A stretch of 62,664 nt of DNA, the filler included, from Circinaria calcarea (Eukaryota): NCBI GenBank assembly GCA_051942165.1. It is 9 parts of 9 records of this genome, joined end to end, with 100 filler letters (N's around TTAATTAATTAA, not from the genome) between each part and the next. Parts side by side here need not be neighbours in the genome. Positions count along the whole stretch, not along the records: positions 55,804 to 62,664 come from JAVECS010001472.1; 8 more parts are not named here. The stretch is one strand, 5' to 3'. This document shows, piece after piece, positions 59,082 to 62,664 of the stretch. A program made the position numbers and the translations under genes. Each line of letters starts with the position of its first letter. Position 1 is the stretch's first letter. The notes under the pieces are model-generated. The model did no database searches. It was not told where the DNA came from and saw nothing but the letters and a program-made list of their open reading frames with translations.

Positions 59082-60911
59082 ATGCCACGAAGCTACGCCG
59101 GTATCATGGATGTCATGATGTCTACATTTTCTGGCGGCAAGGACGAATATGGCAAGGATGTTGTACCTCCAAACTGTCTCTCTTTTGATCGAGTAATGGA
59201 AAACAAGCATATTGCTTCAGAGTCTCATATGCTCACCCTACCCATAATGTTACTAGGGCGGGTGATCCAACACCTTGCAGGTAGCGATCTGAGGAATTTA
59301 GCGCTTGTGAACAGCGATTGTCGGCAATTGGCAAGGTCTCAGCAATTCAAGAGTATACTTCTTGACTATAGCTTCAACAGTTCTCTGCTTCTCGAAAAAG
59401 TATGCAATGAAGCAAAAGCACGAGTACACGCTCCAGCTCCTGGCACGTATCTTGGATCATGCATACGCCGCCTGACAGTTGCTACTCATCCGGGCTGGGT
59501 GGAACGTCGACATGACTTGACCTTCAGTGGGCTTCAAGGACTTGATCGAGAGATTGCTAAAGAGCGCCTTGGAAGTGCGACAAAGGCTTTCTTCGACGTC
59601 TACCTCAGTTCCATTGAAGCCGCGCTTTCTTCGAGAAGCATGCCCCATCTAGAACTTCTGGATTGGGAGGACATGGTTGTTCTACCTAAATCACTCTTCA
59701 TGGCAATGATCTGTTCGGCAATTCAACACCTCAAATTGTTTCGTGTCAAGGTTGATGAAGAGTACGAGGTCCAGGTTCCGAACGACCTACCATATCGTCA
59801 CTGGCCACTTAAAAGTCTGCACCTAGAGCTCGCCTGGACGTTGTCGTCAGCTGGAAATGGTGGAAGCATACGCCCTCTTTCTACCAGCATTCTTTATCTA
59901 TGTGCCCCAACTTTGGAAACGTTGAAATGGATAGCTGGCATATCTTCGTCGAGAGACTTTTATTCTTTCGCTTTGTTTGGAGATGAACTATGTTTTCCGT
60001 GTCTACGTCGCCTCACGCTCAAAGGAATTGGATTCTCCGATTCATCTATTCTAAGAATACTGTTGGGCCCTACGACGAAAGTCCGTGAGCTCGAAATGGA
60101 TGTTGAAAGCGGCGGTATCACAAGCGAATTCTTCGCAAAGCGCGGAAACATCGAAACACTCGAAACGCTGTCTTGTGAATCATTCGAGTCCCTCGATTTT
60201 CTCCATGCAAACTGTCAACTATCAAAATTAATGATTTCTCGACCACTCTCTCCGTCCTCACTAGACACCAAAATTATTCCCCTGCTATCAAAGTGCTTTC
60301 ATAATCTTTCGTCGCTGAGCCTAATTTGGGAAGGGTTGTCCATAACAGAGAACGCGCTTGAGCAGATTAGCACTCTTCGGGGCCTTCGTCAGTTGCACCT
60401 CAGTACTGGCGAGCAATTTGGATGGAGGCATAACTGGTTCGTGGATCATGATGCAATTCGTTCAAACCTTTCCAACCTCAAAGATTTACGCAATCTGGCT
60501 CTTAGTCGCGACACGTACAGAACCAATTTTGATGTCGAAGACTATTACGATGGCAGGTCTTTGGAACCTCGAGATGACAGTGAAAGGGGAATCTGGCACG
60601 GCATCATGTTTCAGACGAATAGCGACTTCGCCGATCCTGAAACGGATGACGAAAGAGAGAATGCATCCTTCGATAGACGTCGGAAGGCGGTATTCGCTAA
60701 GATTCATAGTATGCGAATGCTAACAGAAGTGAACAAGTACGCTCGTGCGTTACCTTCGCTAAGCTGGATCTACATTGGCAAACTTCCATTTGCCATAAAA
60801 ACAGATACCGAGGGCAGACAAGCAGCCAACTTAATTTATAAGCAGGATGAGCAGGATGAGCACTGGACTGCTTTGCAACAGATGTTCGGCTTGCCCAACA
60901 GTGCAGATTAA
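59082..60911 (+). CDS. F-box-like / LRR-like hypothetical protein
   Basis: MLTLPIMLLGRVIQHL..DLRNLALVNSDCRQLARSQQF, followed by LxxLxL repeats (LKSLHL, LRRLTL, LSSLSL, LRQLHL, LRNLAL). Start uncertain. Confidence 0.78.
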   Translation: MPRSYAGIMDVMMSTFSGGKDEYGKDVVPPNCLSFDRVMENKHIASESHMLTLPIMLLGRVIQHLAGSDLRNLALVNSDCRQLARSQQFKSILLDYSFNSSLLLEKVCNEAKARVHAPAPGTYLGSCIRRLTVATHPGWVERRHDLTFSGLQGLDREIAKERLGSATKAFFDVYLSSIEAALSSRSMPHLELLDWEDMVVLPKSLFMAMICSAIQHLKLFRVKVDEEYEVQVPNDLPYRHWPLKSLHLELAWTLSSAGNGGSIRPLSTSILYLCAPTLETLKWIAGISSSRDFYSFALFGDELCFPCLRRLTLKGIGFSDSSILRILLGPTTKVRELEMDVESGGITSEFFAKRGNIETLETLSCESFESLDFLHANCQLSKLMISRPLSPSSLDTKIIPLLSKCFHNLSSLSLIWEGLSITENALEQISTLRGLRQLHLSTGEQFGWRHNWFVDHDAIRSNLSNLKDLRNLALSRDTYRTNFDVEDYYDGRSLEPRDDSERGIWHGIMFQTNSDFADPETDDERENASFDRRRKAVFAKIHSMRMLTEVNKYARALPSLSWIYIGKLPFAIKTDTEGRQAANLIYKQDEQDEHWTALQQMFGLPNSAD

Positions 60912-61720
60912 TGAAGAGCTTATTGCCGCCCGACAGAACATGAACTCGGGTCATACCGGATCGGCCGAGTCGGTCATCCATTAGTTAAATCAATTTTTAT
61001 GACTTTTTCGCTGCAGCTCGCCATGCTATCTGTTAGTCCAATGCAATGCCACTTTCACTTTAGCTGGAATTTTATATGAACTGGACAGCAACTTCTGGAG
61101 AGGCGAGCCCGTATGTGTATTTTGATAGGCATATGGACTCACTTCCTTTGCCAGTCGATGTCGCGCAATCAAGGCCTCGAAATGCTTACTATCATAACCA
61201 TCCATCTCCTTGAGCGCTTCCAGCATATCTGCTTTTTATCAGTCTTATACGACTTCCACGTCTGGCCACGCCGAACCATCCAATCAGCCATTACTGTCTT
61301 TCCTTCGGCTAATGTCTGAATATATACCCTTCCTGGTATTGCTCCGCCATCTCGATATAGACAAAGAAGTTGGTTGGTGGTGGGTGGGTGGGTGAATAGA
61401 TGGGTAAGATGAAAGCTATGAGCTGGCAGGAAAACTACGGGGGGTGGCATAATTATGAGGAAACAACTACTGCGCAGTTTGAGGAGTCAATTGAATAGGG
61501 GGGCCGTGGAATATGCAGCTAGTCTACTGGTTGCAGGTTATTAGATCATATACAGCCAGTTATACGTTACATCGCGTGGTTTTTTCGATCATCACCACTA
61601 TAATATGCATAGTGCTTGATAACATATACTAATTGCAACAACAAGAGGTTTTGTGTTCGATTCACGATTAAATTTAAATCTGGCCGGTGGGGTATAAATT
61701 TGTAAATCGGAAAATTGCAA

Positions 61721-62038
61721 TTTCATACCCCACCCCAAATTTTCAGGGGGTTACCCCGAAGAACACACCAATGTCAGGAGGGTAAGAAACCGGCCCGAGG
61801 TTAATAGGCTAAGTTCATTATCGCGGTTTTTAGTGGGTCGCTCTCGCATTTATATCGCAATACCAGTGTGTCGTAATGCCATTATCGCAATGCTATTTTC
61901 GCAAGGTCCCTGGCGACAGTGACCTCTGCGATAATGGGTTTTTACGGCAGTGATAATAACCTTCCGTAGTGGTCTTAATAATAGCTGCCTTGCATTAACA
62001 GAAGGTTAATCATTAGAAATTGGGGGTGGGGTATGAAA
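61721..62038. mobile_element. MITE-like element bounded by ~21-bp inverted repeats
   Basis: TTTCATACCCCACCCCAAATT (61721) versus AATTGGGGGTGGGGTATGAAA (ending 62038), one mismatch. Non-coding interior; no clear target-site duplication. Confidence 0.5.
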
Positions 62039-62349
62039 GCATTGTCGTTGAAAGCCAAGGCCAGAAAGTGTATCACCGGGCAGCCGATAGGGTTGTAGTA
62101 AGGCTAGGGATTTAATATAAGTATAGATGCCTGACTGATACTAGCAGAACTATTTTTTTATACTGATTATCTACTAGTGATTTCGGATGGTAATACCTGA
62201 ACTGAAGGAAACATATGTCTAATGGCGATATTATAGCAAAGCATATTCTATAAATAATGACTTCAGCCGTTCTTAACCATTATGGTGCCGTAATAATCTC
62301 TATAATCGTTGACCCTTCCTCCGCCGACCGGGCTTCATTCGTTTTAATC

Positions 62350-62664
62350 CGGGTGATATCCTTAGGCTTTAAAAGAAGTGGCTGAGTTTAGGCAGCAGCT
62401 GTTGGCTGACGTCTTTAAGAGGCCATTGGGTAACTATAACCGAGCTGAGGAGCCGTAACAGGCTGCCCCCCATATTAAGCCGTATTCGGCTGCTTTTACT
62501 CCCTCTGCTCTCTCCCTGCTCCCCCGTGCTCCCTCGTGCTCCCTCCCTGCTCTCTGGTGCTCCCGCGCTGCTCTCTCGCTGCTCCCTCTTAAAGCGGCCT
62601 TGCTCCCTTTCCACACTGAAAACGGATCGGGCTCACTCCCATCTTGGGGAACATATAATATATA
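62350..62664 (-). repeat. Dispersed repeat, copy 2 (matches 23271-23547), with an expanded GGGAGCA(C/G) internal array
   Basis: Reverse-complement match to copy 1; runs to the end of the window. Confidence 0.9.

Overview
Intron-rich DNA from a filamentous ascomycete (Pezizomycotina; I cannot narrow the taxon further). The window is nine separate contigs of steadily decreasing length (6895 to 6861 bp), joined by 100-nt N/TTAATTAATTAA linkers, so gene order across linkers means nothing. Recognisable genes: GPI1, RRP6, a Vtc2/3-type SPX-VTC protein, a Nudix hydrolase, an Ecm13-like protein, noxR, MET12, an RTA1 + Zn2Cys6 pair, a GMC oxidoreductase, MPC1, SmB, RPL11, RAD4/XPC, DSC2, a probable YTH-family gene, a polyamine oxidase, a secreted DPBB (expansin/GH45-like) protein, a HeLo-like NLR-type gene and an F-box-like protein. 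The best novel candidate is a spliced three-exon ORF for a 92-aa membrane protein that the ORF track misses. It stops 19 nt before the GPI1 ATG, on the same strand but in another frame, which suggests a bicistronic or uORF-controlled GPI1 locus. Other oddities: a repeat shared by two contigs, two adjacent 23-bp-period arrays, RIP-like decay entering a gene's 3' end, a MITE-like inverted-repeat pair and a 51-bp perfect inverted repeat. All family calls come from recalled motifs and hand-read splice sites; no searches were run.
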